Positions 31,145-44,344 of a stretch of 64,000 bases of DNA are shown piece after piece. The stretch lies in assembly GCF_009914755.1 (NCBI RefSeq), contig NC_060932.1. The stretch is one strand, 5' to 3'. Position 1 is the stretch's first letter, and each line of letters begins with the position of its first letter. This DNA comes from the human T2T-CHM13v2.0 reference genome, Homo sapiens. The notes below the pieces were generated by a model, which saw only the letters and a list, made by a program, of their open reading frames with translations, was not told the DNA's origin and did not search any database. The translations under genes were made by a program, and so were the position numbers.

Positions 31145-31773
31145 TGTCAGAGGTGTTTGAACCAGAGTGACTCCCTCTTGAAAAGGGGCTGGGTAAAATA
31201 AGGCTGCGACCTACTGGGCTGCCTTCCCAGGAGGTTAAGCATCCTAAGTCACAGGATGAAACAGGAGGTTGGCACAAGATACAGGTAACAGAGAGCTTGC
31301 TGATAAATTAGGTTTCAGTAAAGAAACTGGCCCAAATCCACCACAACCAAGATGGCGATGAAAGTGAACTCTTGTCATCCTCATTGCTCATTATACGCTA
31401 ATTATAATTCATTAGCATGCTAAAAGACACTCCCACCAGCACCATGACAGTTTACAAATGCCATGGCAATATCCAGAAGTTACCCTATATAGTCTAAAAA
31501 GGGGAGGAACCCTCAATTCTGGGAATTGCCTACCCCTTTCCCTGAAAATTCATGAATAATCCACTCCTTGTTTAGCATATAATCAAGAAATAATTGTAGG
31601 TATTCTAAGCAGTCCATGCCACTGCTCTGCCTATGCAGTAGCTATTTTTTTATTTCTTACTTTCTTAATAAATTTGCTTTCACTTTATTCCATGGACTTG
31701 CCCCAAATTCTTTCTTGCACAAGGTCCAAGAACCCTCTCTTGGGGTCTGGATCAGGACCCCTTTCTGGTAACA
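31145..31773 (+). mobile_element. MER41 (probably MER41B) ERV1 solo LTR
   Basis: TGTCAGAGGTGTTTGAACCAGAG start, GGACCCCTTTCTGGTAACA end, 629 bp, near-TSD TATT/TACT, tandem GAS motifs present. Confidence 0.85.
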
Positions 31774-33379
31774 TACTGATCTATTTTAAATTGTCCTTAC
31801 CATCTTATGTTGTGTCTTCTATTGTCCTGCCTTTCCTGTACTTCTCCCCAAAACTGCCACTCCTTATCTTTGTGTCTTTTTTTGGACTGGTTTGCTTTTT
31901 AAATTTCCTTATTCATTTTTTTTTCCCCTTATACTAATTTAGAAGTTATTCTCTCTATTTCTGTTCTTTAGTGGTTACTCACACTCATTTTCTATTGTAC
32001 TCCAGGTTTGGTACATATGTTTGTGTTTTAGCCTTTGGAGATACTTCTTACTTTCTAGGGAACTCAGCAATCACTGAAAACTGTTGTAATTGTATTCATT
32101 TAGAAACTTATAACAAATAATTATAATAAGTAACTTAACAAAATTACAACAGGTAATTTATCTTGCATTTTAGAGAGAGTATCTTGGCTACCTGGGCTAT
32201 GATGTAGCTGGAATTAGAAATCCAAAACACTAGCACACTTGAAGTTTCTTATGGGCTAAAGCTGAGATTTCTTTCTTCTTGTTACAATGCAGATTTGGCC
32301 ATTCCTTTCGTTTTTCCTTACTCCCCCTCTCTCTTCCTGCTTTTATATACCTATATATTGTCTATTATTATATACTTAACACTGAGCTTAACACTGGGAA
32401 CAAGATATAGTCCCTAGAAACTCCACAGAGAGGCGTCTAGGTGTAAAAGGAGAAATAGCTTCACTTTCTGGAAGGCATTCTGATGCAATCCTATATTGTT
32501 TTGCTAATTTGAAAAAAACAGCTATCAGCCACAGTCATCTAATGATGTTGGATTACATATTCACTTTGAGGCAATTTTACTGTAGCTGGTATTTTAGTCA
32601 ATTTTTAGATAAATTAGTTGTTTATATCAAAGTAAATAATTCACATTCTAAAGGGAATTATTTATTTAGTAAATTTTCTGGAAATTGAGTGTCTGTGTGT
32701 GTGTGTTTCCCAATCAGTGGTCCTTCTGACTTTAAATTCTTTAAAATCGGTTCTGGTTGTTATAATCCCTTATGCATATCCAACTCACTCTAGGTAGTAT
32801 GTAATTTTGTAAGTTATTTTCCCTCTCTTTGCTCTATCCTATAATTGCTCTCCATCCCAAGGCTGCAGTGAGTTGCCCTTCAAAGTAATGCTGGGACCTG
32901 CTTTTTTTCCAGTTTGGACATTGCCTTATTATATGTTCAATGTCATTTCACTGGAGCAGAAAGTTAGTGAAGTCAACTTTATGCCAGGTCTTTGTATTTT
33001 ACCAAAAGGAAATTTCACTATTAAATAACCCAGTTGCCATTTCTGAGTCCTGATTCTACTGTTCTAAATTTTTCAAGTGATCTTTTTTTATTTCTGGGAC
33101 ACTTGCATACCTAATTGTCAAGTTTAATTTATGATCCTCGTTACTCTCTAAGTGTTTAATTGAGTTAGTGGTTATAGCTGACTCATAAACCCATAAAACC
33201 CTTCACTGGTAAACTAATTAGCCACTGCACCTGCCCTTTAAATAATTAACATTGTTCATTACTAACAATCGGCATCGGAGTTATTAAAAGTTACCTTACT
33301 GCTCAGTTGTCTAGAGGCTTTCAAACTTTTTTGATCATGATCCAGAGTAAAAAATGCATTTCACAGGCCAACTCAGGAT

Positions 33380-33399
33380 ACACACACACACACACACAC
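33380..33399. repeat. (AC)n microsatellite
   Basis: About 10 AC units. Confidence 0.85.
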
Positions 33400-33499
33400 T
33401 CCCCTACTATCTATCAGACTCTGATATTTTCTATTCTATTATTCTCTATCTTCTTTCATTTAAAAATGTATTGACTTACTAAAGAGGTTTTTCAGCTTA

Positions 33500-33910
33500 A
33501 AAATTTTTATTTAGACCAATTCATGGGGTACTCATGCAATTTTGTTACATGTATACAATGCATAGTGATCAAGTCAGGGTGTTTAGGGTGTTTATTACTC
33601 GAGTACAATACATGTTTTGAAACTACAGTCACCCTACTCTGTTGCAAACGTTGAATATATTCTTACTGTATGTTTGTATCCTTTAATCCACTTTTCTTTA
33701 TGCGCTCCTCTCCCCACCACTCACCCTTCCCAGTCTCTGTTATCTTTCCACTCTCTGTCTCTATGTGATCAAAATTTTTAGCTCCCACATATATGTGAGA
33801 ACGTGTGATATTTATCGTTTTGGGTCTGGCTTATTTCACTAAGATAATGACCTTCAGTCCCATCCATTTTGGTGCAAATGACATGATTTTATCCTTTTTT
33901 ATGGCCAAAT
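33500..33910 (-). mobile_element. L1MA-like 3' end
   Basis: TTTAGCTCCCACATAT..GAGAAC and CTGGCTTATTTCACT reverse-strand L1 3' UTR motifs. Confidence 0.7.
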
Positions 33911-34032
33911 AGCATTTACCAGCCATTGAATGGGTTATGACAGCTTCAAAAACACTGGCTCTCATAAATTCATACAATGAAACAGAATGTTAAAAATAAT
34001 CAATAAAGGTTTCTTTCAAAATCAGAACTTAC

Positions 34033-34155
34033 TCGTTTCCTTCCCCATCATACACCCATCTAGTAGTGCCAATTCCTTCATAGTTTGAAGCCCAGTAATA
34101 AACACAGGCATTAATGTGCAGAATAAACAGCAAGTATCCAGTTGTTCGAATAACT
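34033..34155 (-). CDS. CNGB3: CNGB3 exon 10 (123 nt), S5 and turret
   Basis: Translates [40 protein letters not shown](E); CAG acceptor, GTAAGT donor. Confidence 0.96.
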
Positions 34156-34903
34156 CTGTCAGAGAGAATAGATGCAAAGTAAGATTCATGTTGTTTCTGA
34201 AATACAGCCTATTTTAACATTTTCTTTTCCTTAAAGTCACCAGCGAACCCCTTGCTTTGGATTTGTGAACTGTTAACTCTCATTAGTACAGTACAAAGTG
34301 ATGGTGCCATTGCATGTTTTCTGATGGCAATGTCTTGACTGGGATTGACAGAGTGTAAAGAAAAAAAAAAGAAAAAGAAAACTTCCTCTCTTTTCACAGA
34401 TGTTGTGAGTCAACTCCGTGAAAGACATGCCTCAAAGGTCACTTCTTCAGTTTAAGTCCCATAAAATACACTATGCTAATTTAACTGGATATCTCTGAAA
34501 AGCTCATGAGACTTTATGCTACGATGAATGGCAACTAGAGGTTTCGGTGCAAGTAAAATTTAGAACAACAAACGAATGAAATTCAGATTAGGAATGAATT
34601 ATCATGAGAAAGGTTTAAAGTTAACTTGCAAAAGAGTATGTTTTTCTGTACTTGTTTTGACAGAGGCAGATAATAAGTCCTATTTTCTTAGTCCAGTATT
34701 CTAAAATCTGATATGATTTTCATACTCTTATTTCACTTAAAATATCCACATCTGTTCTAGAACATAGTCCTATATTTTATATAGCCAAAGCTGAAATTAT
34801 ATCCTTTTTTTGAAGAGGGGGGTCATATCCCTGCCAAATTCCGTCTAAAATGTTGTACCATTGCTTTTTCCCCTTCCCCCAAGTATACTGAGTTATACTT
34901 TAC

Positions 34904-34968
34904 CTGTAGATATATGCTTTGTCCATTATAGACTCTAGGTGATGATTAAATTCAAAAAATGAAGTGTA
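34904..34968 (-). CDS. CNGB3: CNGB3 exon 9 (65 nt)
   Basis: Translates YTSFFEFNHHLESIMDKAYIY(R); TAG acceptor, GTAAAG donor. Confidence 0.95.
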
Positions 34969-37900
34969 CTATATAGAAAAGCAAAAGAAATCCAAAAGCA
35001 TGTTAGTCTTAAATATATATATTTAAATAAAACTATATGAAATAGATTTTATTACTGAAAATAATTTCATTCATATGTCTTTTTAAAAAAACCAAGATCC
35101 TGTTTAGTGATATTTTCCTCTGGACAGTACATTTTATAGCATGGTATTATACTTCCAGAGCTTTATTTTGCTTTATTTTATTGCTACCCTGTAGTTATAG
35201 TCTTATTTTTAATGTTTGTTGAAAATGAAACTTAAAAAACATTGTTTTCCTTTTTGTTTTGAAAGCATGTAGTAGAACTCTGTTTCCCAACAATTAAAGT
35301 CACACTCTCCAAAAACATACATAAAAGAGGAAAAGTATAATGCATTAAAGTTATAAATAGATGTTAAGTCTTATTGCTCAACACTAGCATTATTTTTCAG
35401 TAAATTGCATTAAATGTGTATTTGTTTAAACAAAATTTAAAGTTCAGTAAGTATTAGCATTGGCCGTTCTTGACATTATTCAAAGATACAAAGAGTTTAT
35501 GTGCATCTGATACAAGCAGAGTTACTATTTCCCTCAAGGTTTTTTCTTGCTTGCTTCTACTTTTATCTCAACCTTTTCTGCCTGCATGCACTCCTACTTC
35601 CTACTTCCTACTTCCTACTTCCTCTTTTGTTTCTATAGGCAGTAAAGTATGGAATCCAGAGCAAAATGCCAGTTCTATCTCTACCACTTACTACTGTGTA
35701 ACTGTGGAAAAGTCTCTTGCTATTTCCGTGTCTTGGTTTCCTCATCTGTAAAATGAGATCAATAAGAAAAGATGCCCCCCAAAAGGGTTGTGTGCATACA
35801 TGAGTTAATATATTTAATGTGCTTCAAATCATAGACTCTTACAGATAGAAGGGACTGCAGAGATTACTTAGTTCAAAATTTTGCCCAACGTAGATATGAC
35901 TGCAATAGAACGTTTAGAATTAAAAATAGTATATGTAATAGTAATGACTATTTAACTAGAAATATACACAAATGATTTGTTTTTTCCAGAGTTCCTAAGT
36001 AGGAAAAAACTTCTTAAACACTCAGATTATAATTTAAATGTGTGGTAATTTGTTTATTGTGCTCTTAATACAAGTTTGCACAAAGGCATGATTTTAAATT
36101 TAGCTTAAGTGTTCACTAAAAATAAAATGTATATTCATTTGTTTTCTCATTTATAACTTGGAGACATATAGATGATAAATATTTATCCTAGGGAATTGTG
36201 CATTAAGATGACACCCTTAAAAATAAGTTATATGAATGGACTATGGGGCTTTGAAAAGAAGATTAATGTTGACTGTCAGGATCTCCTATATTTAAACATC
36301 TAATGGATAGAGAGGGCTTTTGGACATTTTAGGTTACAGAGATGGGGAATGAAGAGTTGGCATTTTATAAGCTTTTATCATAATGCCAGATAAACTCCTA
36401 AATCTATAGAAACCTGAGAATTTCTGAAAATTGTTTATGTCCAAGCAGGTACCTTCTGAAATTTCCATGTGAGACTGAAAATTTGATAAGGGATGGCCTG
36501 ACCACTAGATTGCTTGGAACATTATTGTGTTCCACCTCCATTTATTCTCACATTCCATGGTCAAACCAGAAGTCTCTAGAGTTGTCTCAGATGTTTGGAA
36601 ATATGGGATAAAGAACCTCTGAAGTTTAAATATCAGAGCAGAGAAAAAAAAACCCTTTCAGCCTGAGGCCTACCCAGTCAATCTGATTATAATAAAGAAT
36701 TTGGAGTTAGATAAATGTGATAGAGTTCAGACACTGCCCCTCATATGCAGTGTGTCTGGACAGATTTTTCCGCCATGCTAATTCTCATTTTCTTCGTCTC
36801 TAAAATGAAGTTGTTGGGAGGAATCAGTGAGATAATGAATATAAAGTTTTAGCAAAGTGTGTAGCCTCAAGTGTGTATTCAACAGACAGCTGCAACTATT
36901 ATTGTCGTTGTTGTTGTCAGGATCTGCTGGTGTTACCAGGTTATGTTATCTTGTCTTCCCAAGATGCAAAATAGATAATTACCTACAATTTATAAAGTCT
37001 TTTGTGATCCCTTTAAGAAGGTTGTTTTTGGAAATATATTGTTGCTATTGTTAAAGATTTACATGAAATTTCAATTTCTGACTCTCCTCAAATTCTTTTT
37101 AGGTATCAAATGAAGCTATGAGTTATAAAGTATTTATGTCTTATAACCATTTTGAATAGGTAATACATTCACATAGTTCAAAAACAATATGAAATATATG
37201 CTTCCAACAGTCTCACTCTTACTCTTGCCCCTATCCGTCCTGATTTTCCTTCCTGCTTTCCCTTGCCATCTCAGGTAACCACTTTGATGAGTTTCTTTTT
37301 GTAGCTTTTCAGTGTTTATGTAAATACACAAAAATTGAATATTTTTCCTTTTCTGTTATACAGAAGGTAGTATTGTTCTATAAACTGTTCTGTAACTAGC
37401 TTTTTTACTTAGCAATTTATCTTGAAGTTTTTTCCATATCAGTACATAAAAAGCTTCCTCTTCTTTGTTTTAAAGCTACAAAATGTTCTACTATATAAAT
37501 TATATAAATATATTTTGGTATATTTAACTAATTCCCTCTTGAGAAACATTTGAGTTATATTCAAGTATGTAAGTAAATGTGATGTGAAAGTATGTGCTCA
37601 CATACTTGTGAAAGCATGTCTGTGATGTAAAAGTATGTTTACATTTTTTTTTAGAATTACAAAATTTAAGATGAGTAAGATAATTTAGGGTAATCTAACC
37701 TAACCCCTTAATTTTACATCCCATACACCATGCATTCAGCAACTGAAAAAGGACAAATAGAAAAAAACAAAAAGTATAAAATACTCATTTGTAATTATAG
37801 CTAAATTTAGAAATACAAAGCATCCCTATTTTAGATTATAAAAACATCTGTTATGAGATATGAAATAAAAACCAGGAGCAACTTTCACCAGTAGACATTT

Positions 37901-38076
37901 TTTTCTTCATTCATTAAAAAAAATTATAGCATTGATGAGGGCAGAAAGATGGAGAAGAGTTTGGGAAAAATTAAGAATATTGATCATTTTAAGATACTTT
38001 AAATTGTTTCAAGATTTCCATTATAGGGAAATAGAAATATTTCCATTATAAGGGAAAAGACAATTAAATATAGTTA

Positions 38077-38298
<222 letters not shown>

Positions 38299-39064
38299 TC
38301 AATTAACTATGCATGGGGCTTTTTAAGGCGTATTAGCACCATGAAAACTATTTTGTAGCCTTCTTCCAACATATTTCATTTCCACCTCCATGCATCTGAT
38401 CTCTCCTTAGGCGTTGCATTTACTGGGATTTTTATTGAGCTGTCACATATACAATGGGCATAGTTGCTAATGTTAAAATACGTTTTAACAGTGTTTTTAA
38501 CATGGGGCTCTTCGACTAAAAATCAAGTCCATTCTTGATTTTATTTGAAAGCATTGTACTTTCATTGTAGTGATATATTTTTATGTTTCAGCCAATTCTC
38601 CTGTGTTCACAGTTGATTATATTGTGGTTCATTTAGGCTCTTCAATGCTTTCTACTCTTGTCTACTTCGAACCATTTTGCTACCAATAAACTGTTTTAAA
38701 AGTATCTATCAGAGCCTGTGCAGGCTGAGAGAGGAGAGCAAAGAAATCAATAATGTTTGCAATTAATCAGCAGCTCTGATGGGAGAAGGTATTGAAAATA
38801 TTATTATAGCTAAGAAATTTTCAAAAATTGTCATGTATTAAAATTATTTTGGCCTTCTGTTACCCTGGTCATTATGAAATGACAATGTCATACTTCATAC
38901 TTTCTTGATGGCAACAACAATAAGAAATTCTTTTGTGTAAAATAATTATTCATTTTTATTAAATTTTACATGGTCTTAATAGGGTATATGAAAAACTTTA
39001 AGACATTTTAAGACAATTAAGAGCAGTTAAGAACATATTGTAAGGCCACACATATAAAATAGAG

Positions 39065-41580
39065 AGCTGAGGAAGTCCTAGACAGAGGAATCCAGCAAGA
39101 GAAAGAAATAAAGGGCATTCACATCAAAAAAGAGGAAATCAAAATATCACTGTTCGCTGATGATATGATCGTATCCTAGAAAACACAAAGACATCTCCAA
39201 AAGACTTCTAGATTTGATAAACAAATTCAATAAAGTCTCAGGTTGTGAAATCAATGTACACAAATCAGTAGCACTGCTATACACCAATACACATACAAAA
39301 ATGACCAAGCTGAGAAGCAAATCAGGAACTCAATCCCTTTACAACAACTGTAAAACAACAACAATAACAAATCCCTAGGAATATACTTAACCAATGAGGT
39401 TAAAGATCTCTACAGAGGGAACTACAAAACACTGCTGAGAGAAATCACAGATGACACAAACAAATGGAAACACATCTCATGCTTATGGATTGGAAGGATC
39501 AATATTGTAAAAATGACGATACTGCCAAAAGCAATCTACAGATCCAATGCAATTCCCATCAAAATACCAACTTTTTTTTCACAGAATTAGAAAAAACAAT
39601 TCTAAAATTCATATGGAACTGAAAAAGAGCCCTCACAGCCCAGGCAACCCTAAGCAAAAAGCACAAATCTGAAGGCATTACACTACCAGACTTATAGTTA
39701 GCAAAACAGCATGGTACTGGTATAAAAGTAGTACATAGACCAAAGGAACAGAATAGAGAACCCAGAAATAAAGTCAAATACTTATAGCCAACTGGTATTG
39801 AACAAAGCATACTAAAACATAAATTGGGGAAAGGACATCTTGTTTAATAAATGGTGCTGGGAAAACTGGCAAGCCACACGTGGAAGAGTGAAACTAGATC
39901 CCTATCTCTCACTTTATACAGAAATCAACTCAAGATAAATCAAAGACTTAAATCTAAGACCTGAAACCATAAAAATTGTTGAAGATAACCTTGGAAAAAC
40001 TCTTCTGGACATTGGCCTAGGCAAAGAATTTATGACTAAAGCCCCAAAAGCAAATACAACAAAAATAAAAATAAATAAATGGGACCTGATTAAAAATGTT
40101 TCTTCATATAAAAAGAAATAATCATCAGAATAAACAGACAACTCACAGAATGGGAGGAAATATTTGCAAACTGTGCATCTGACAAAGGACTAGTATCCAG
40201 AATCTACAAGGAACTCAAACAAATCAGCAAGAAAAAAACAAATAATCTCTTCAGAAAGTTGGCAAATGCTATTAATAGATATTTTTCAAAAGAAGTTATA
40301 CAAATGGCCAAAAAACATGAAAAAAATGCCCCCCCGCCCAAATTGCATCATATCATCAAACCTCGTTGATTTTACTCTACAGGTATTGATCTTTGTAACA
40401 AGTTAAGAAGTGTACAGAACAGTAATTAAAATAATGTATTTAAAATGAAAAAGCAGGCACACTGTTGACCTGTCTAGTGCTACTCTAAAACCTATAGTTT
40501 TCAGCTCAAATCATAATGATTTTTTTTACTTGCTTTCTATTCAATTGCTCAACTCCCCTCTCAACTCCTCTATGATTACAGTCATTAGTCATTAGCCATT
40601 TTAATATTAACACATTGGCACAGATTTCTGTAGATCAACCATCTGATCCAGCAATCCCACTACTGGGTATCTACCAAAAGGAAAAGAGTCATTATATGAA
40701 AAAGACACATGCACATATAGGTTTATTTCAGCCCAATTCATAATTGCAAAAAATATGGAACCAACCGATCTTTGTAACAAGATTTGTACAGAACAGTAAT
40801 TAAAATAATGTATTAAAAATAAAAAAGCAGACACACTGTCTGCTTTTTAGTGACCTGTCTAGTCATTAAGGAAATGCAAATTAAAACCACAATGAGATGC
40901 CACCTTATTCCTGAAAGTGGCCATATTAAAAAGCCAAAAAACAATAGATGTTGGCATGGATGTGGTAAAAGGGGAGTGTGTATGCACTGCTGGTGGGAAT
41001 GTAAATATGTAAAACTTCTATGGAAAACAGTATGGACATTCCTTAAACAACTAAAAGTAGATCTACCATTTGATCCAGCAATCCCACTACTGGCTATCTA
41101 CCCAAAGGAAAAGAAGTCATTATATGAAAAAGACACACGCACATATAGGTTTATTTCAGCCCAATTCATAACTGCAAAAATATGGAACTAACCTAAGTGG
41201 CCATTGACCAATGAGTGGATAAAGAAAATTTGGCATATGTACACCATGGAATAATATTTAGACATAAAAAGGAATCAATGTCTTTTGCAGCAACTTGGAT
41301 GGAGCTGGAGGCCATTATTCTAAGTGAAGTAACTCAGGAATGGAAAACCAAACACTATACGTTCTCACTTATAAGTGGGAGCTAAGCTCTGAGTATGCAA
41401 AGGCATACAGAGTGATATAATGGACTTTGAAGACCAGAAGGGGGGGTGTGTTTGGGGTGGGACAAAAAAACTGCATACTGGATACAATGTACACTACTCT
41501 GGTGATGGGTGCACTGAAATCTCATAATTTACCACTATATAATTCATCCATGTAACCAAAAACCACTTGTACCCCAAAAG
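39065..41580 (+). mobile_element. 5'-truncated L1 (L1PB-like): ORF2 RT/C-terminus and 3' UTR, interrupted at 40329-40863
   Basis: CTGTTCGCTGATGATATGATC (LFADDMI, RT motif); [13 protein letters not shown] and DLPFDPAIPLLAIYPKE ORF2 C-terminal motifs; L1 3' UTR. Confidence 0.9.
40329..40863 (+). repeat. Complex templated insertion built from nearby sequence
   Basis: Segments match 41712-41984, 41057-41193 and 41760-41833. Confidence 0.85.
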
Positions 41581-42157
41581 CATAGAGTTGAGATAATTAA
41601 TTGCCTAACAATTTCAAAGCCTGCCGATATTGAACAAGAATAGGGACTTCTGGTTTGAATTAACCAGATTAGCTATTATAAACAAATTACTTACTAAAAG
41701 TATTGGCTTAGAAATTGCATCATATCATCAAACCTCATTGATTTCACTGTAGAGGTATCGATCTTTGTAACAAGTTAAGTGTACAGAACGTAATTAAAAT
41801 AATGTATTTAAAATAAAAAAGCAGATACACTGTTGACATAGTGCTACCCTAAAACTTACAGTTTTTGGCTTAAATCATAACGATCTTTTTGCTTGCTTTC
41901 TATTCAATTCCTCAACTCCCCTCTCAACTTCTCTAGGCAGACAGTCATTAATCATTGACCATTTTTGGCACAGATTTGTGTAGACAGAGATAATTTATTT
42001 CTCATTGAACTGTAGAAAATTGAATTGAAGTATTGACCAACACTAAACCCTGTGCAAGACAATTTGCAAAGCATGTTGGGGTTGAAATAGGAGTAAGATA
42101 TTGTTTCTATTCACAAGAAGTTAACAAGCTAATAGTGAATGATCAGGTACAAAAATA

Positions 42158-43434
42158 CAGTCATTTGTCACTTAACAACAGGGACATATTCTGAGAAATG
42201 CATTGTTAGGTGATTTCATCATGTGAATATCATAGCATGTACTTACATAAACCTAGATGTATTGCCTACTACACACGTAGGTGGTATGGTATAGACAGAC
42301 AAGCCTAGGCTTCTAGGCTACAGGCCTAGGAGCATGTTACTGTACAGCATGCTCTGTATATTACAGTATATTATTGTATGTTACTGTACAGCATGATACT
42401 GTACTGAGTACTGTAGGGAATTGTAACACAATGGTAAATATCTTTGCATCTAAACACATCTAAACATTGAAAAGGTACAGTTAAAAATATGATACGAAAG
42501 ATAAAAAATGGTACACCTGTATAGGATACTTACCATGAATGGAGCTTGCAGGACTGGAACTTGCTCTGGGTGAGTCAATGAGCGAGTAGTGAGTGACTGA
42601 AGGCCTAGGACATTACTGTACACTACTGTAGACTTTATAAACACTGTAGAGTTAGGCTACACTAAATTTATTTAACAATTTTTTCTTTAATAATAAAGTA
42701 ACCCTAGCTCACTGTAACTATTTTACTTTATAAGCTTTTGAATTTTTAAAAACTTTTTTACTCTTTTGTAATAACACTTAGCTTAAAACACTCATTGTGC
42801 AGCTATACAAAAGTATTTTCATTATATATGTATTATATAAGCTTTTTTCTATTTTAAAATGTTTTTATTTTTACTTTTAAGCTTTTTTGTTAAAAACCAA
42901 GACACAAGCACACAAATTAGCCTAGGCTTACACAGGGTCAGGATCATCAATATCACTGTCTTCCACATCCACATCTTGCCCCACTGGAAGGTCTTCAGGC
43001 TCCATAACATGGGTGGAGCTGTCATTTCCTATAATAACAATGCCTTCTTCTGGAATGCCTCCTGAAAGATTTGCCTGAGGCTGTTTTACAATTAACTTTT
43101 AAAAAAATTCATAGGAGTACATTCCGAAATAACAATAAAGAGTACAGGATAGTAAATACATAAGCTAGTAATATAGTTGTTTATTGCCATTATCCCCAAT
43201 ATTATGTACCATACATATTAGTATGTACTATACTTTTATATGACTGGCAGCCCAGTAGGTTTGTTTACACCAGCATCACTGCAAACAGGTGAATAACACA
43301 TTGCACTGTAATGTTATGATGGCTGTGATGTCACTAGGCAATAGGGATTTTTCGGCTCCCTTATAATCTTATGGGACCATCACCATATATGTGGTCTGTC
43401 ATTGACTGAAATGCCATTATGCTAACACATATTA
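42158..43434. mobile_element. Tigger3b (Golem-type) DNA transposon
   Basis: TA|CAGTCAT..CACTTAACAACAGGGAC.TATTCTGAGAAATGCATTGTTAGG start and GTGGTCTGTCATTGACTGAAATG end; ~1.27 kb. Confidence 0.75.
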
Positions 43435-44293
43435 AATATATAAATTAATTTAGTCCTTATTCAAACTCAGGAAAGTAAGAGTTTGGAATAAGCTTTATGG
43501 CATTACAAAAGTATTTATCCTCTTTGTAGAATTCATCAAAGCAGCATAGAGATCTTTTATGAATATGCCTAAGTATGTGGCAATATTTAATAAAGAAAAT
43601 TAGTCGGAGATTAAAAAAAAAACAATTGAAAGGGATGTAATCATTGTAGATTTCCAACAAGGATAGTCTGAGACCTAAACCCAGATTTGTATTTTTAAAC
43701 AAACTCTGAGGCCACTAAAGAATTGTCTTTGAAGTGAGAGGCTAGAGTTCACTCCAATTGGGTAAACCTAAATAACCCCTGACCTCTGCCTATTTCTCAG
43801 AGAACAAAGTACTTAGAAAATAATTATGGGCAATAAAACGTTATGTTTTAGGAAAGGAACGTTCCATGTTATCTAAACAATTGCTTCTCTTCTATTAATA
43901 ATTTTTATTTTGAATATATGAGAACAAGAAAGAAGCGGGAGTAAAAACAATTTTGCAAACCTTTACAACATCATGCTACATGAATTGGGGGCTAGAATTT
44001 TGTAGACAAGACAAAGTATACAACCCATATTCCTTTACTGATGTGTAAATTAGAATTCAAATCTGGGCACTAACTTATTTTGGTCTGCTTAATAAGGGCT
44101 TATATGTTGAATTACCCACTTGCACATACAAGGAAACATATCAGGTAATTATTGAGAGGCAGAAACTTCAGGCTTATCATTGTCTAATAAAACTTCGTAT
44201 GTACAAACTTTGTTTATAGAAATCTATAGATGGGATTTAAAGTCAAAATGGTAATAGATCACGTGAGCAACTTTGAAATTGTTTGTCACCTAC

Positions 44294-44344
44294 CTGAAAT
44301 TTTGGAGAAGTCCTGTAGTGTTTCCTTAGCTCATTTGAATCCAC
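44294..44344 (-). CDS. CNGB3: CNGB3 exon 7 (51 nt)
   Basis: Translates VDSNELRKHYRTSPKFQ; TTTCAG acceptor, GTAGGT donor. Confidence 0.95.

Noticed and set aside
35593-35623. (CCTACTT)x4 short tandem repeat
   Set aside because: Small simple repeat with no sign of function.
40340-41984. Repeated blocks that might suggest a CRISPR array or paired LTRs
   Set aside because: Eukaryotic intron; the repeats are long, unequal and diverged, with no spacer periodicity or TG..CA ends. Reported instead as a templated insertion.
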